DNA from: Ylistrum balloti
Taxonomy: Eukaryota
Length of the DNA stretch: 64,000 bases
Reading direction: 5' to 3'
Assembly: GCF_031769215.1 (NCBI RefSeq)
Contig: NW_026782361.1
Span: 744,001 to 808,000, forward strand
Shown here: in pieces, positions 41,311 through 54,500 of the stretch
Layout of the letters: every line of letters begins with the position of its first letter
How positions within the stretch are numbered: position 1 is the stretch's first letter
Program-made: the position numbers and the translations under genes
The notes under the pieces: model-generated
Databases searched by the model: none
What the model was told of the DNA's origin: nothing
What the model saw: only the letters and a program-made list of their open reading frames with translations

Positions 41311-43423
41311 TCAAGTTGACTTTGGAGTGGACTTGCGAGGAGCCTTCAAGAACCCAACTCTACGTAGGTACTGCACGATGAATGGTGTTGCAGTGAGTGT
41401 GATTCCAATTCGAACTGGGGCAAACACTTTGTGTACAGCATAGGCAATGACAAATGTGCTAGCACCTGCAGCCACCTTTGATTGGGAAATGCTCTCTCCT
41501 ATTCCAACCTTAGTCAAGAGTCCAACGACGTCAATCCCACTGCAAAGAACAAATATTACTCATACAGAAACTTATCATTCAGTTTTATAATACAGGAAAT
41601 TCAATAAATATTTATTCAGAGTTCATCAATGTCTAAATAAAACCACTTACATGTCACTGGTCTGATCAATAATGAACGGACCCTTATCTAAAAAAATTGT
41701 AAAGAATACAATGGAGGGCAGCTCGTTTAATTGTCAACAAGTAAAAACCTTTAACCTTCCTGTTCTTACATTGTCAAATTCCAAGATGGCTGCCTTTCAG
41801 CCATTTAACTTTTCAAAAATGTAAAGAGGACATCTAGTGACAAATGGGAACCTACATATGGATCCATCCATCAATTTTCTTAAAATTGCAATATCAAACT
41901 TTCATTGTCAAATACAATACAACTAAGAATCAAGGAAAAGTGTCTGATGAAATTTAAGAAAGACCAATCCAATTCTTTTCAAGAAATAGTGATAGCAATA
42001 ATTGTTCTCATTCAAATGACAGACCAGCATACCATATCTGATGATAATGGGCTAAAAATATGTTAAATAAGATAATACTTCCTCTAATATCAACATGTTC
42101 TGAAAAATTATGATGCAATATATACTTAAGTAAATAAACTTTTATCTTAGTGTAACTCATTGATATATATGATCTACACCAGTTTCTCCCACCAAATCAA
42201 ATATACCTTGACACCAAAGCGTAGAACCCTCCAAGAGACATCAAAGCAAGGCTAACATGGAAAATGATCACAGTGGAACCATATTCTGCTATAGCTTTCT
42301 TTAAATTGGCCCTGGAATATTTTGCAGAATTGTCTAGGCTTTGATCAGATTCAGGTGGGTTGTTACCAACCTCTTGTGAATCTTGGTTTTGTTTTGAGGT
42401 TGAATAATGCCTCATTTGTTGACAACCAATTACAAATGAGTAAATGGTTTGGTCCTGTTGGTTAAAGATTCTGGATGAACTGTTGTTCCTTATCTTGAAC
42501 CATTGTAGATTTTCTTTACGATATTTGTGAAGGTGAAACCCATTACAATTTTCTAACCATAGTCCAAATGTTATGTCATCGTTGGCCTGGCTACTGCATA
42601 ATGCAGAAACATCCATCGGTGTATCTGGAGATACATTGGATTGGTGACTCCAAATACTTTTTCTATTTCTTTCTGCTGTGTTTCGAATGATTTCCTCTTG
42701 TTCCAAGAAAACATGAGCTTGAGTTTCCATTCCAAATTGATTATATTTTTTATCGTAGTTTTTAAGCCCATAACCAACACCTTCAATACCTTGTGATTTC
42801 ACAGAATTATCAATGAATGCACCATGGTAATTTGGTTGTGTATCTTGAGACAGATGTTGAACGCCTACATGAAAAGAACGTCTTGGAGGCTGTGAACTAT
42901 TGACATCATTTCGACCACCTGATATATATTTCTGATATAGTTTTTTGCCATTTCCTGGCATGTTTTGTGGTGTACCGTGATCCAGCTGTGAAGTAAAGTG
43001 GCCAGACTGAACTTTATATGGGTCTGGAACATTCGTCTGCATACATCCATGCAAACTGATGTTTCTGGAATATGAATAGTTCCGAATATTTTCTGGAATT
43101 TGAGAATCAACGACGTTGGTAGCAGACGCATTTCCTAAAGCAACTAATTCATCGTGTCCCCCCTGAATCCCTTGTACACTTGGGCCATGTATCGAGTATT
43201 CTATTGCCTCTTCCAAAATCTTCCGAGATTCCTCAGCTGAAATATCTCTATCGGGGCCTTGGACACCTTCTATCGTCGGATAATTGCTATCATTCTGACG
43301 TTCATCAGCAAAGGCATGACGTGATGCCACTTTTGTTTCATGAACAGTTATCACCGATCTGTTTCTTACGCCACTTACAGTTAGCGCTACCTTCCTGAAC
43401 GAGATCATTTTCCTGACTGACAT
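41311..43423 (-). CDS. FAM210B: FAM210B (DUF1279) mitochondrial membrane protein with long N-terminal extension, 2 exons, 481 aa
   Basis: Exons (-): 43423-42207 and 41539-41311. C-terminal LKKAIAEYGSTVIIFHVSLALMSLGGFYALVSSGIDV...SKVAAGASTFVIAYAVHKVFAPVRIGITLTATPFIVQYLRRVGFLK matches FAM210B. Confidence 0.92.
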
Positions 43424-44596
43424 GAGTTGTTTTGATCCGGGGTTATAAACCTACACGCTTGTTTACATTTTTTGCTTGATTAGAACGGGGCCAAGTTCAA
43501 GAACGTCAAAGTTATATGGGAGCTTATTTATTATTCAACCCTCATGATATATACAAACGTTTTGACGACTGTTTTATCTATCTATGCGATCCTCTCTTGA
43601 CTAACCTTATATTTACCCATGATAGTGTCAGAAGAGTGCCGAATAGACAAATACCTGGCTTCCGCGTGGGTCATGCCTGATAAGTTCATGTTCAGTGCGT
43701 ACAAGTGAACATGAAATAGGTCAGCTAAATATAACTTTTTTGACAAATAGGGTTGTTTGCCAATAAAAGAGGCTATCAGATTTTTAAAAAATATGGTAAA
43801 CATGTTATGCGCGATCGTAGGAGCTCAAACAATCACTCGCCAAAAGGCGATAATAAGCTATGGCTAAGGGGCCTAGTAATGTGAACTTAGCTGGAACCTA
43901 AGTGCCAATTTGGTCAAAATTTTCGGCCATTCACGATCAATATAAAACTATTGTTAAAAAGACACTTTGAGGTCAGGTGTATAAGTTTTTCGAATTACTA
44001 TACTCGGTGTTTTCTGCTTACTAAATCGAAGTCCGTGGTATTGGATCCTAGGAAATGAACCTGATTAAGTACATCAAGGTCACATCAGTTATAACTAGTG
44101 AAATTACACTTAAATTTTTTTTGCTATAATTACACGAAACTTCAAAACCAACATTGAAAATTACTTACAATAATGTCTATAATTTATGTACATGACTATG
44201 GAGAGTCTGGACGCTGCACAAAAAAACATGTCGCAAAGTGCGTTGCACTTGTCCAATATTCAGATCGGCATTTTCCTCTGTGACTTAGATGTATTTGTGG
44301 TAGGCTGTTGTGTTAGCTTCTGACATTATATATACAACACGGAAGAGTTATTATAAGTATAATTACCACGAGTTTGAGGCGCCGTTTAAATTTTTGCATT
44401 TGGCGAGTATTCAATAGATGAGTCATATGATCACCTATTCATTAGGATATGGTGCGACATGTATATTTTAGATATCGTCATAAATGAATTGGTTATATTA
44501 ACACATATATGTGTGCGTGTGTGTGTGTATATATATATGCAATGATGAATGTGACATTGCCTAATCGTTTTAGTGATGTACATTGTAACTTAAGTG

Positions 44597-44785
44597 GACT
44601 AAACACGGAAGGACTGTAACACGCAAGAGCAATTGCGGTAAAGAGTCTTGCCCAAGGTCACAACCACGACAGCACAGACCGGTTGGATTCTCACAAACAC
44701 AAAAACAACGACGGGAAAGGAGCATCGAACCACGTCGCACCTCGGATCTTCAGCAACTGTAGACTCCGACTGAGCTGTCACGACC
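44597..44785 (-). mobile_element. tRNA-derived SINE with CORE-like motif
   Basis: Minus strand has A-box-like AGCTCAGTCGG, B-box-like GGTTCGATGC and a downstream GTGACCTTGGGCAAG motif. Confidence 0.65.
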
Positions 44786-46034
44786 CAGAGTTATTTAAAT
44801 ACCACATTTATAACTAATAACTGTCTGTAAGGGTCATTCTTTTATTGCCTCATGGAATGGTTTAAAAGGCCGTAATAGCGGTCGTAGACCTCCTTCAATA
44901 ATCAGATAATTCCTCATGTAATATACATGATAGTGATTGAACCTCTCTATAAAACAGACCTACCTATAGAGGTCACTATTCTCTGCTCCGTTGGGTTGCC
45001 TTTGTAGACAGGTCTACTATGCTTGAAAAGATTAATAGCTTAAGTTCAACAACAGCTTTAAAGACGATGGAATTATATTTTGCATTATCAACGAGAATGT
45101 GGACACGACGGAATCAAACACTCGGCGAATGCAGCAATGATGTATACTGTGTACTAATTGATAGAAAAAATGTGTCCTTGGCCATGATCAGATGTGATAC
45201 CTCAAAAGTACATACCAGTGTAAATCCAGTAGTAGGCCAATTTTATACTACAGGTCACACCTATAAAACGGACACATGTGTCTAGTTCTCCTAACATGTA
45301 ATGGTTGGGCAGTCTTGTTTTTTTTTCAGTTTAAACTGACGAGTTTTCCGTACTTTTAATGTGTTAGCTTCACTAGTCATGATACCACATGTTTGCTAAT
45401 TCATATGATTGATGATATTTCTACATTTCAGTGAATCGGTAACTGTTGTATGCTTCCTAAATCTTACGTGAAATGGAAATAAATTAAGATCCCTTTTATT
45501 ACAGAATCAATTATTTCTGCTAAAATTGTAGGAAATACGTTTTTCTTTATCATTTTCATATGTATTTGAATATTATCTTCGTTCGCACAAAGACTTTTTT
45601 GACTACATAGAGAATACATTGTCAGTGTCTGAAAATATAAGTGACAAAAGCGGCGAGCCTCTGTCCTGAATATTCTATTTATCCTGAGCAGCGGTTGAAA
45701 TTTCGGACTATCAAAACGTCAAGTGTTTTGTTCAATATTTGTTGAACTAACGTTAACGTTACGCTGAATTTGGTTTAATGACGTACACCAAAACAATTGA
45801 TCCGCCCGAAAATATAGTTCCAAACTTCAACAGACATAACAGCAATTTTACGGATTTTCATACATAAACACGTTCTTTACAATATATGTAATTGCTTTTT
45901 AGATAGTTATTTATGTCTTTCTAAACGTTATACTTGAGTAGATTTATAAAGCATTTCTATAGAATTAATCCATGTATAAGTACATCTCTTTTCCCTGCCG
46001 GGAACTGCTAAACGATGTACAGGACAGGTGTTTT

Positions 46035-49000
46035 CCAAATATCCACAAGCCAAGCTATCCATTACGACCGATTGTGGACAGCACAAGGTTAATCGGATAC
46101 AGTGTATCAGGATGACTAGCAGATATCCTGTGGCAGCTTCTGGGGAAAATAACGATAAAGTATCAATATGGCCGGTAAACATCCTCAGGCCACTTGTGGG
46201 AAAACACAACCTCACGTGAAAAACTCAGAAGAGGCGACAATTTTTAGGGTTTTGTGAAATCATCATATCTTCTCTCCTATAAGGCCACATGCGGCGTGGT
46301 TGACCAAATTCCAGGTACATCGGTGAAACTGGACGAAGATTTGGCACACGCATCAAGGAATATAAAAAATAAGTTGTCAAAACTGAAAGCAAGTTATACA
46401 CTAAAATACCAGAAATATACTAGGAAAAGGACACGATTAATCAGCCATCACACACCATATAATGGACTGGAGCAGCTCGAAGGTAATGGAAAGAAAGGAT
46501 CACTAGAAACTGAGAAAGACGAAGAAATCTGGATAAGGGAGGAAGGAGAACTGATAGATAGAGAAGAACGAGGCACGAACTGATAGATAGGGAAGAATGA
46601 GGCACGAACTGATAGATAGAGAAGAATGAGGCACGAACTGATAGATAGAGAAGAATGTGGCACGAACTGATAGATAGAGAAGAATGAGGCACGAACTGAT
46701 AGATAGAGAAGAATGAGGCACGAACTGATAGATAGAGAAGAATGAGGCACGAACTGATAGATAGGGAAGAATGAGGCACGAACTGATAGATAGGGAAGAA
46801 CGAGGCACGAACTGATAGATAGAGAAGAACGAGGCACGAACTGATAGATAGGGAAGAACGAGGCACGAACTGATAGATAGAGAAGAACGAGGCACGAACT
46901 GATAGATAGGGAAGAATGAGGCACGAACTGATAGATAGGGAAGAATGAGGCACGAACTGATAGATAGGGAAGAATGAGGCACGAACTGATAGATAGAGAA
47001 GAATGAGGCACGAACTGATAGATAGAGAAGAATGAGGCACGAACTGATAGATAGAGAAGAATGAGGCACGAACTGATAGATAGGGAAGAATGAGGCACGA
47101 ACTGATAGATAGGGAAGAATGTGGCACGAACTGATAGATAGAGAAGAGACACGAACTGATAGATAGAGAAGAATGAGGCACGAACTGATAGATAGAGAAG
47201 AATGAGGCACGAACTGATAGAGAAGAATGAGGCACGAACTGATAGATAGAGAAGAATGAGGCACGAACTGATAGATAGAGAAGAATGAGGCACGAACTGA
47301 CAGATAGAGAAGAATGAGGCACGAACTGATAGATAGGGAAGAATGTGGCACGAACTGATAGATAGAGAAGAGACACGAACTGACAGATAGAGAAGAATGA
47401 GGCACGAACTGATAGATAGAGAAGAATGAGGCACGAACTGATAGATAGAGAAGAATGAGGCACGAACTGATAGATAGAGAAGAATGAGGCACGAACTGAT
47501 AGATAGAGAAGAATGTGGCACGAACTGATAGATAGAGAAGAATGAGGCACGAACTGATAGATAGAGAAGAATGAGGCACGAACTGATAGATAGAGAAGAA
47601 TGAGGCACGAACTGATAGATAGAGAAGAATGAGGCACGAACTGATAGATAGAGAAGAATGAGGCACGAACTGATAGATAGGGAAGAATGTGGCACGAACT
47701 GACAGATAGAGAAGAATGAGGCACGAACTGATAGATAGAGAAGAATGAGGCACGAACTGATAGATAGAGAAGAATGAGGCACGAACTGATAGATAGAGAA
47801 GAATGAGGCACGAACTGATAGATAGAGAAGAATGAGGCACGAACTGATAGATAGAGAAGAATGAGGCACGAACTGATAGATAGAGAAGAATGAGGCACGA
47901 ACTGACAGATAGAGAAGAATGAGGCACGAACTGAGATATAGGGAAGAATGAGGCACGAACTGACAGATAGGGAAGAATGAGGCACGAACTGACAGATAGG
48001 GAGGAATGAGGCACGAACTGATAGATAGAGAAGAATGTGGCACGAACTGATAGATAGAGAAGAATGAGGCACGAACTGATAGATAGGGAAGAATGAGGCA
48101 CGAACTGACAGATAGGGAAGAATGTGGCACGAACTGATAGATAGAGAAGAATGTGGCACGAACTGATAGATAGAGAAGAATGAGGCACGAACTGATAGAT
48201 AGGGAAGAATTTGGCACGAACTGACAGATAGAGAAGAATGAGGCACGAACTGATAGATAGGGAAGAATTTGGCACGAACTGACAGATAGAGAAGAATGAG
48301 GCACGAACTGATAGATAGGGAAGAATGAGGCACGAACTGACAGATAGGGAAGAATGTGGCACGAACTGATAGATAGAGAAGAATGAGGCACGAACTGATA
48401 GATAGAGAAGAATGAGGCACGAACTGATAGATAGAGAAGAATGAGGCACGAACTGATAGATAGAGAAGAATGAGGCACGAACTGACAGATAGAGAAGAAT
48501 GAGGCACGAACTGATAGATAGAGAAGAATGTGGCACGAACTGACAGATAGAGAAGAATGAGGCACGAACTGATAGATAGAGAAGAATGAGGCACGAACTG
48601 ATAGATAGGGAACAATGTGGCACGAACTGACAGATAGAGAAGGATGAGGCACGAACTGATAGATAGAGAAGAATGAGGCACGAACTGACAGATAGAGAAG
48701 AATGAGGCACGAACTGACAGATAGAGAAGAATGAGGCACGAACTGACAGATAGAGAAGAATGAGGCACGAACTGACAGATAGAGAAGAATGAGGCACGAA
48801 CTGATAGATAGAGAAGAATGAGGCACGAACTGACAGATAGGGAAGAATGTGGCACGAACTGATAGATAGAGAAGAATGAGGCACGAACTGACAGATAGAG
48901 AAGAATGAGGCACGAACTGATAGATAGAGAAGAATGTGGCACGAACTGACAGATAGAGAAGAATGAGGCACGAACTGACAGATAGAGAAGAATGATGCAC

Positions 49001-49500
49001 GAACTGATAGATAGGGAAGAATGTGGCACGAACTGACAGATAGGGAAGAATGAGGCACGACCTGACAGATAGGGAAGAATGTGGCACGAACTGACAGATA
49101 GGGAAGAATGAGGCACGAACTGATAGATAGGGAAGAATGAGGCACGAACTGATAGATAGAGAAGAATGTGGTTCGAACTGACAGATAGAGAAGAATGTGG
49201 CACGAACTGATAGATAGAGAAGAATGAGGCACGAACTGAGATATAGGGAAGAATGAGGCACGAACTGACAGATAGGGAAGAATGAGGCACGAACTGATAG
49301 ATAGAGAAGAATGAGGCACCAACTGATAGATAGGGAAGAATGAGGCACGAACTGATAGATAGAGAAGAATGAGGCACGAACTGAGCCATCTACATGATCC
49401 CCATGTTAACAACCAACATGGGATGAAACACCCACTGTCCCTCTGACTGGCTGCAGCATAAGAGTGTGATTGGGACGAAATAGCATCGTGACAATTTCAC
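46035..49500 (+). mobile_element. Internally deleted Penelope-like retroelement (RT N-terminus plus GIY-YIG) interrupted by a minisatellite
   Basis: PNIHKPSYPLRPIVDST...LADIL and ILRPLVGK..PHVKNS (PLE RT N-terminus, 46035-46230); YIGETGRRFGTRIKEY from 46316; SAITHHIMDWSSSKV; EIWIREEG. After the array it resumes as ELSHLHDP. The RT catalytic core is absent; stops and frameshifts are present. Confidence 0.85.
46548..49384. repeat. 29-bp minisatellite, ~98 copies
   Basis: Unit GAACTGATAGATAGAGAAGAATGAGGCAC, with variants GACAG, GGAAG, TGTGG and ACGAGG. The 29-aa periodicity of the minus-strand ORFs equals 3 units. Confidence 0.98.
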
Positions 49501-49961
49501 AGTTGACTTAACAGTTTTGTCATTCGCCAAATACTGAACTGATGTCTAGACTCCTTTGTGTTTAAAATAAACATCTTCTTACAGTCTTCTTACTTCTTAC
49601 TGGTTAAGAGAATGTTTGTTGTACTTTTTAAATTATGATTTCCACTTGAATTACAACAACCTTTTTATGTCATCTAGAATTGAAAACAAGGTAAATGATA
49701 ACAGATTTTTTTTATTTTTTGAATAAACACGGTGCCAAGAAAACAATTGATTGTAAGTTAACAACTACAAAAAGCTAGTGAACACTCCACTGTCAGCAAT
49801 TAGTAATGAACATCGCCCTCACGTTTCTCCTCGCTGGCTAACGTACATCCTGACTGCTAATGTGTTTCTTTCTGAAAGCAAATGCATAAACAAAAAAGTT
49901 AGGAAAGGAAATAGAAAACATGCATGCTATTCTAAAGTCCTATTACACAAGGTTCATAAGT

Positions 49962-50125
49962 CATATGGATTCCTATCACACACAAGTCAAGAGACATCTG
50001 GATTCCTATCACACACGAGTCAAGAGACATCTGGATTCCTATCACATACGAGTCATGAGACATCTGGATTCCTATCACACACGATTCAGAAGTCATCTTT
50101 TGTCCTATCACACACAAGTCATGAT
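49962..50125. repeat. 33-bp minisatellite (~5 copies)
   Basis: Unit GGATTCCTATCACACACAAGTCAAGAGACATCT. Confidence 0.9.
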
Positions 50126-50519
50126 TCATCTGAAGTCTCTTTTTTGTTATAGTGATTAAAATTTCAGAAAATGTATGTTATAAATATGTAAACATGGATA
50201 GAAATTTACATACACGTGCAAAACGTAATCCACATAAACTAGCCTAAACCGGAACAAGCGTCGTTTTTTGTCAAACTTCAAGTTACCATGTGAATTTCTT
50301 TCTGGTTAGGACAGTTCTATGATATTGAACGTGAAATACATTGACAGTGTTGTTTCTTAAACCTCCTTATTGAAATAGATCTTGATTATTGGCATTCGTA
50401 ATCACCACCATAAAATACTTACAAAAAGTCCATCACCACCACCATTCAGTGAACCTAAAATAAACAAAAGAGTGAGTTAAACTGATGATTGCTCACCGAA
50501 AACAATTTTATTGGAAACA

Positions 50520-51325
50520 GAATTATAACAAAAGGCAATAATTATGTAATTCAAGGGGTTCAGGCATTGAATTTGGTTACACTGTTACAAAGGACACTAA
50601 ATCTGTAATAATGTGGTTGCGGCCACTGGTTTTGGAATACTGAACATCATTTTTCATTATCCTAGCTTTAATACAAGCAAAGTTATGAACCGGACTTAAA
50701 AGAAATACAAAAGGGCAATAACTCTGAAATTAAGATGTCACAGTCCCTGACGTCGGGACACTGAACATTGCGTTTGTATACATCACTTTCAATAACGTTG
50801 TTTAAATGCATGCCCGTGATGCTTTTCATACAAAATGTTAACATATGGCAATGGCTCTGTAATAAAGGGGTTGCAGACCAGGAGGTTTGTACACTGCACA
50901 TCCTCTTAATAATATTAATGTATATATTAAGTTTGATTATCCTAGTTTAAATGCCAGCAAATTGAAGTTGTCCTCTAGATTCGGAATTTTAACAAAGGTC
51001 AATGAAGTAAGGGGTTGCGGGCCTTCAATTTGGTACACTGCACATAGTCTTTGTATGGCTAACATATACACGAAGTTTCATTATCTTAGTTTAAATGTTC
51101 CGTACACGAAATTTTAACAAACGACAATAACTCTATAATTGAGAGGTTGCAGACCCACAATTCGGTATACTGAGCAGCTTAGTGTGACCTATGTATACAC
51201 AAAGCTTCATGATTCTTCCTTAACTGTAAGTAAAGTTATGCTCTGGACCCGAAAGGACGGGCGGAGAGACAGACGGACGGTCAAGGTGAGGACTATATGC
51301 TCATCCGAAAATTTTCGGGGAGCAT
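50520..51325 (+). mobile_element. HINE / pearl-like non-autonomous element with internal core repeats
   Basis: About 4 diverged cores containing GGTACACTGCACAT and TATCCTAGTTTAAAT, an (ACGG)-type microsatellite at ~51255-51280, and a 3' palindrome CCGAAAATTTTCGG within GCTC...GAGC at ~51300-51323. This layout is described for bivalve pearl/HINE elements. Confidence 0.6.
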
Positions 51326-51574
51326 GAAATGTGCATAGAAATATATATATATATATATACATGTATATCACAACACATTGTAAGAATACATACATTCCCT
51401 CAAATATATAGTTGTACGGCCCTGTGTTGTTACACCACCGAACTGATGATAATAAAGAAACGGTATGGAGTTACATCCTAATGTTGAGCGTTTCATAAAC
51501 ATAAGTATGATATATTTAATGCTTCACAAGAATGAATACGAAGGTAAGAGAATATTGAATTAGAGAAGTCTTAC

Positions 51575-54500
51575 CAGAGTCGGAGAATGCACCAAAGCTG
51601 TCGATAGGGACAATTCCCATCTGGTCTAAGCCGCCTAGTCCAAGGTCTTTTCCTCCGAGTCCACCTCCAAAATCGGCATTTTTACCGTGTCCAAAACCCA
51701 AATCCACATTTCCGTGTCCTAGTCCAAGATCCCCATTTCCTTTTCCAAATCCCAAATCCACATTTCCGTGTCCTAGTCCAAGATCCCCATTTCCTTTTCC
51801 AAATTCCAAATCCACATTCCCGTGTCCTAGTCCCAGATCCCCATTTCCTTTTCCAAATCCCAAATCCCCGTTTCCATGTCCTAGTCCCAGATCCCCATTT
51901 TCGTGCCCCAATCCGAAATCTCCAATTCCCATGCCAATAGATCCATGTCCAAAGCCCATATCAGCTGCTCCAAGCCCTACACCACCAACTGACCCTGTAG
52001 ATGATGAATATTACAATTAAATACAAATCTTATCTAGTAGACCCTGTAGTAGACTTTGACGAGATTCTCTATAATTAACATTTACCAAATCTGGAAATTA
52101 ATTCTCAAATTTGAACTAAAGATAGTTGTGCAAGAACTTCCCACGAACACTTTTTTCACAGTGAGTTAGTTTCTTGACACAGGAATTATACTCTAACAAT
52201 GTTTGATATGCATGTCTTCATTTGCGGCTATTAACTTTCGTGACTTTGTCTGGATTGCGAAATTCGTGAAATAAAATCGCACAAGAAAAAAATTGTTTTA
52301 CAATGTAATGTTTGAACATGATTGAACGTCTACACTGGAATTATAAAAACGTTCATATCTGTCTTCTCGTCACATCAATTATGGTCCTGTAAATTAAGAT
52401 ATTTACGCGAACAGTTTGTAGACATCGGAATCCGTTTATTAAGAATACCAACAAATGAAAGAAAATAAACTCCCACGAAAATAATGTTCAATGTAATTCA
52501 ATTGATTTTTCACACCAAGTCAAAGACAAAAAAATTACCTGACAGTTGTTGTGCCACTGGAACAGGGTTGTTCACAACAACGGTGCGGTCACGTGGCACG
52601 ACCTGCTTTACAGGTACCGGGTTATTTACTAAAACTGAGAAGTTCAACAGGGTTAAGCAATTTTTTGAAATTATTATTATTATTATTATTAACATTGGGC
52701 GATATTAAAATCTAATGGTAGTATCAAAACCATGTGGTTGAGTGAATGCCTACTGAGCCAAATAAAACCAAATGGTTAGCACAATATGAAAACATGTATT
52801 GAAGAATGAGTTATGTAAACGAAATACACGTAGTTGATACTATCTGTATCTGTTGCATTTGTGTACCTGCCTTCTTGTATCTGTGGCATTCGGGTACCTG
52901 CCTTTCTATATCTGTGGCATTTGTGTACTTGCCTTCCTATATCTGTGGCATTTGTGTACCTGCCTTCCTATATCTGTGGCATTCGTGTACCTACCTTTCC
53001 GTATGTCATTTGTGTGCCTACCTTTCTGTATCTGTGGGACCTTCTTTGTCAGCACTACCGTCTGGATCTTGGGAACTTTAATGAAATTAACATCGATAAC
53101 TACATCTGCATGGATCACAGCTATTCCAGTTATCTGGATATTTTCTAGTAACCTTATAACAATGCAGTTTAATCGTCAAAACTCAATTTGCCATTGATTC
53201 AATTATTTATAACATTAGTAATAAGTGAATAATTAAAAACGGACTTTTTAATGTTCAAAAATTCTTTTGAAATGAGATTGAATTGTTCCGATGTTTATCA
53301 TAGAATTATCAATTCATTATTAAATAACATAATATTCGGAAATGCGTATTCACACTATTTACTGTCACGTCGCTACTTACCTTGTTTCACCATTACATCT
53401 ATTGAAAATAGACAAAAGGTAAATTAATACGAATTCATGTATTTGTCTCAAAACAAATCATATGTGGAAATTTTGTTGTACATAAGCATTTCAATGTACA
53501 TGTATTATTAAATATGATAATATTACATACACGAAGCACTCGATAACTTAGACGACATTGAATCACACCGCATGTTGCGGTTCAGAATACCTATAAGCTT
53601 GGCTCTTGGTTATATCACTTGTTCGTTAATTAAAAATACAATTTTACTCAGCAAAGTGTTGTTGTAATACGTTCCGTATCCCAAATCTAATGCACTTCTC
53701 ATTTAAATAAAACAAATTACTAAGTATAAAATAACAACAATCCGTAACAAGTTGTCAGTAGCCTTATTCCCTCAATGACTTATTTAGTAACGTGATAGAA
53801 ACATTAAACGGTATACTTACGATGTCTGTTGATGACAACTGGAAAGAAATACACATCATTACTACAGAATGGTTTAGATATATCGTAAGTCTAACGGAAA
53901 CACGTTCAATCTTCAATGCTTTAGATATATCAGTATAACAGAGGCACATAGTTACTCTATATTGGTTAAGATATATCGTAATTTTATCAGAAACAGTTAC
54001 TCTACAATGATTTAGATATATCGTAAGTCTAACAGAAGCACATTTATTCTACAATGTTTTAGATATATCGTAATTCTATCAAAAACACAGTTATTCTACA
54101 ATGGTTTAGATAAGTGAAAAATCGAGATACGTTCAAAGTTTAAAGTTTTATCATAAAAAAACTGAAATATTGTATTTGTTATAAAAATATATTTCTATAT
54201 TTATGGATACGCTGTCAAACAGATTTCGTGTCATGATTATAATAGATAACACGAAAATGATGACAAACAAAACACTTCTATACTTACATGGTCTTTTAAC
54301 TTGAAACGCTGAAAAAAAGAACATATCATATGTAATTCATTGTAGTGAGATGTAAGTGCTACTTCATTGTAAAGAGATAAAAGTGTTCGACACCCTCAAA
54401 TTACACATTATTATTTCATCAATGATTCCCAAGAAGGCTAATTATTTAATTCAGTTACTTCAAAACTTTATTTGAAAATCCTGTCATTGTCCATCATCTA

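Noticed and set aside
43582-43803. ORF with NMNLSGMTHAEARYL, faintly like PAM16/DNAJC19
   Set aside because: The similarity covers only ~12 residues, the rest of the J-like domain is absent and there is no exon structure; it is probably FAM210B promoter or UTR sequence.
46441-49412. Three ~970-aa minus-strand ORFs
   Set aside because: These are artefacts of the 29-bp unit, which lacks stops on that strand; all three frames give the same cyclic peptide. The plus-strand context is a Penelope relic.
49790-49870. Candidate terminal exon of the secreted-protein gene (acceptor at ~49870, AATAAA at ~49710) and a 15-nt micro-exon near 50290-50305
   Set aside because: Both are plausible from splice motifs alone, but there is no homology or compositional support, so they were left out of the gene model.
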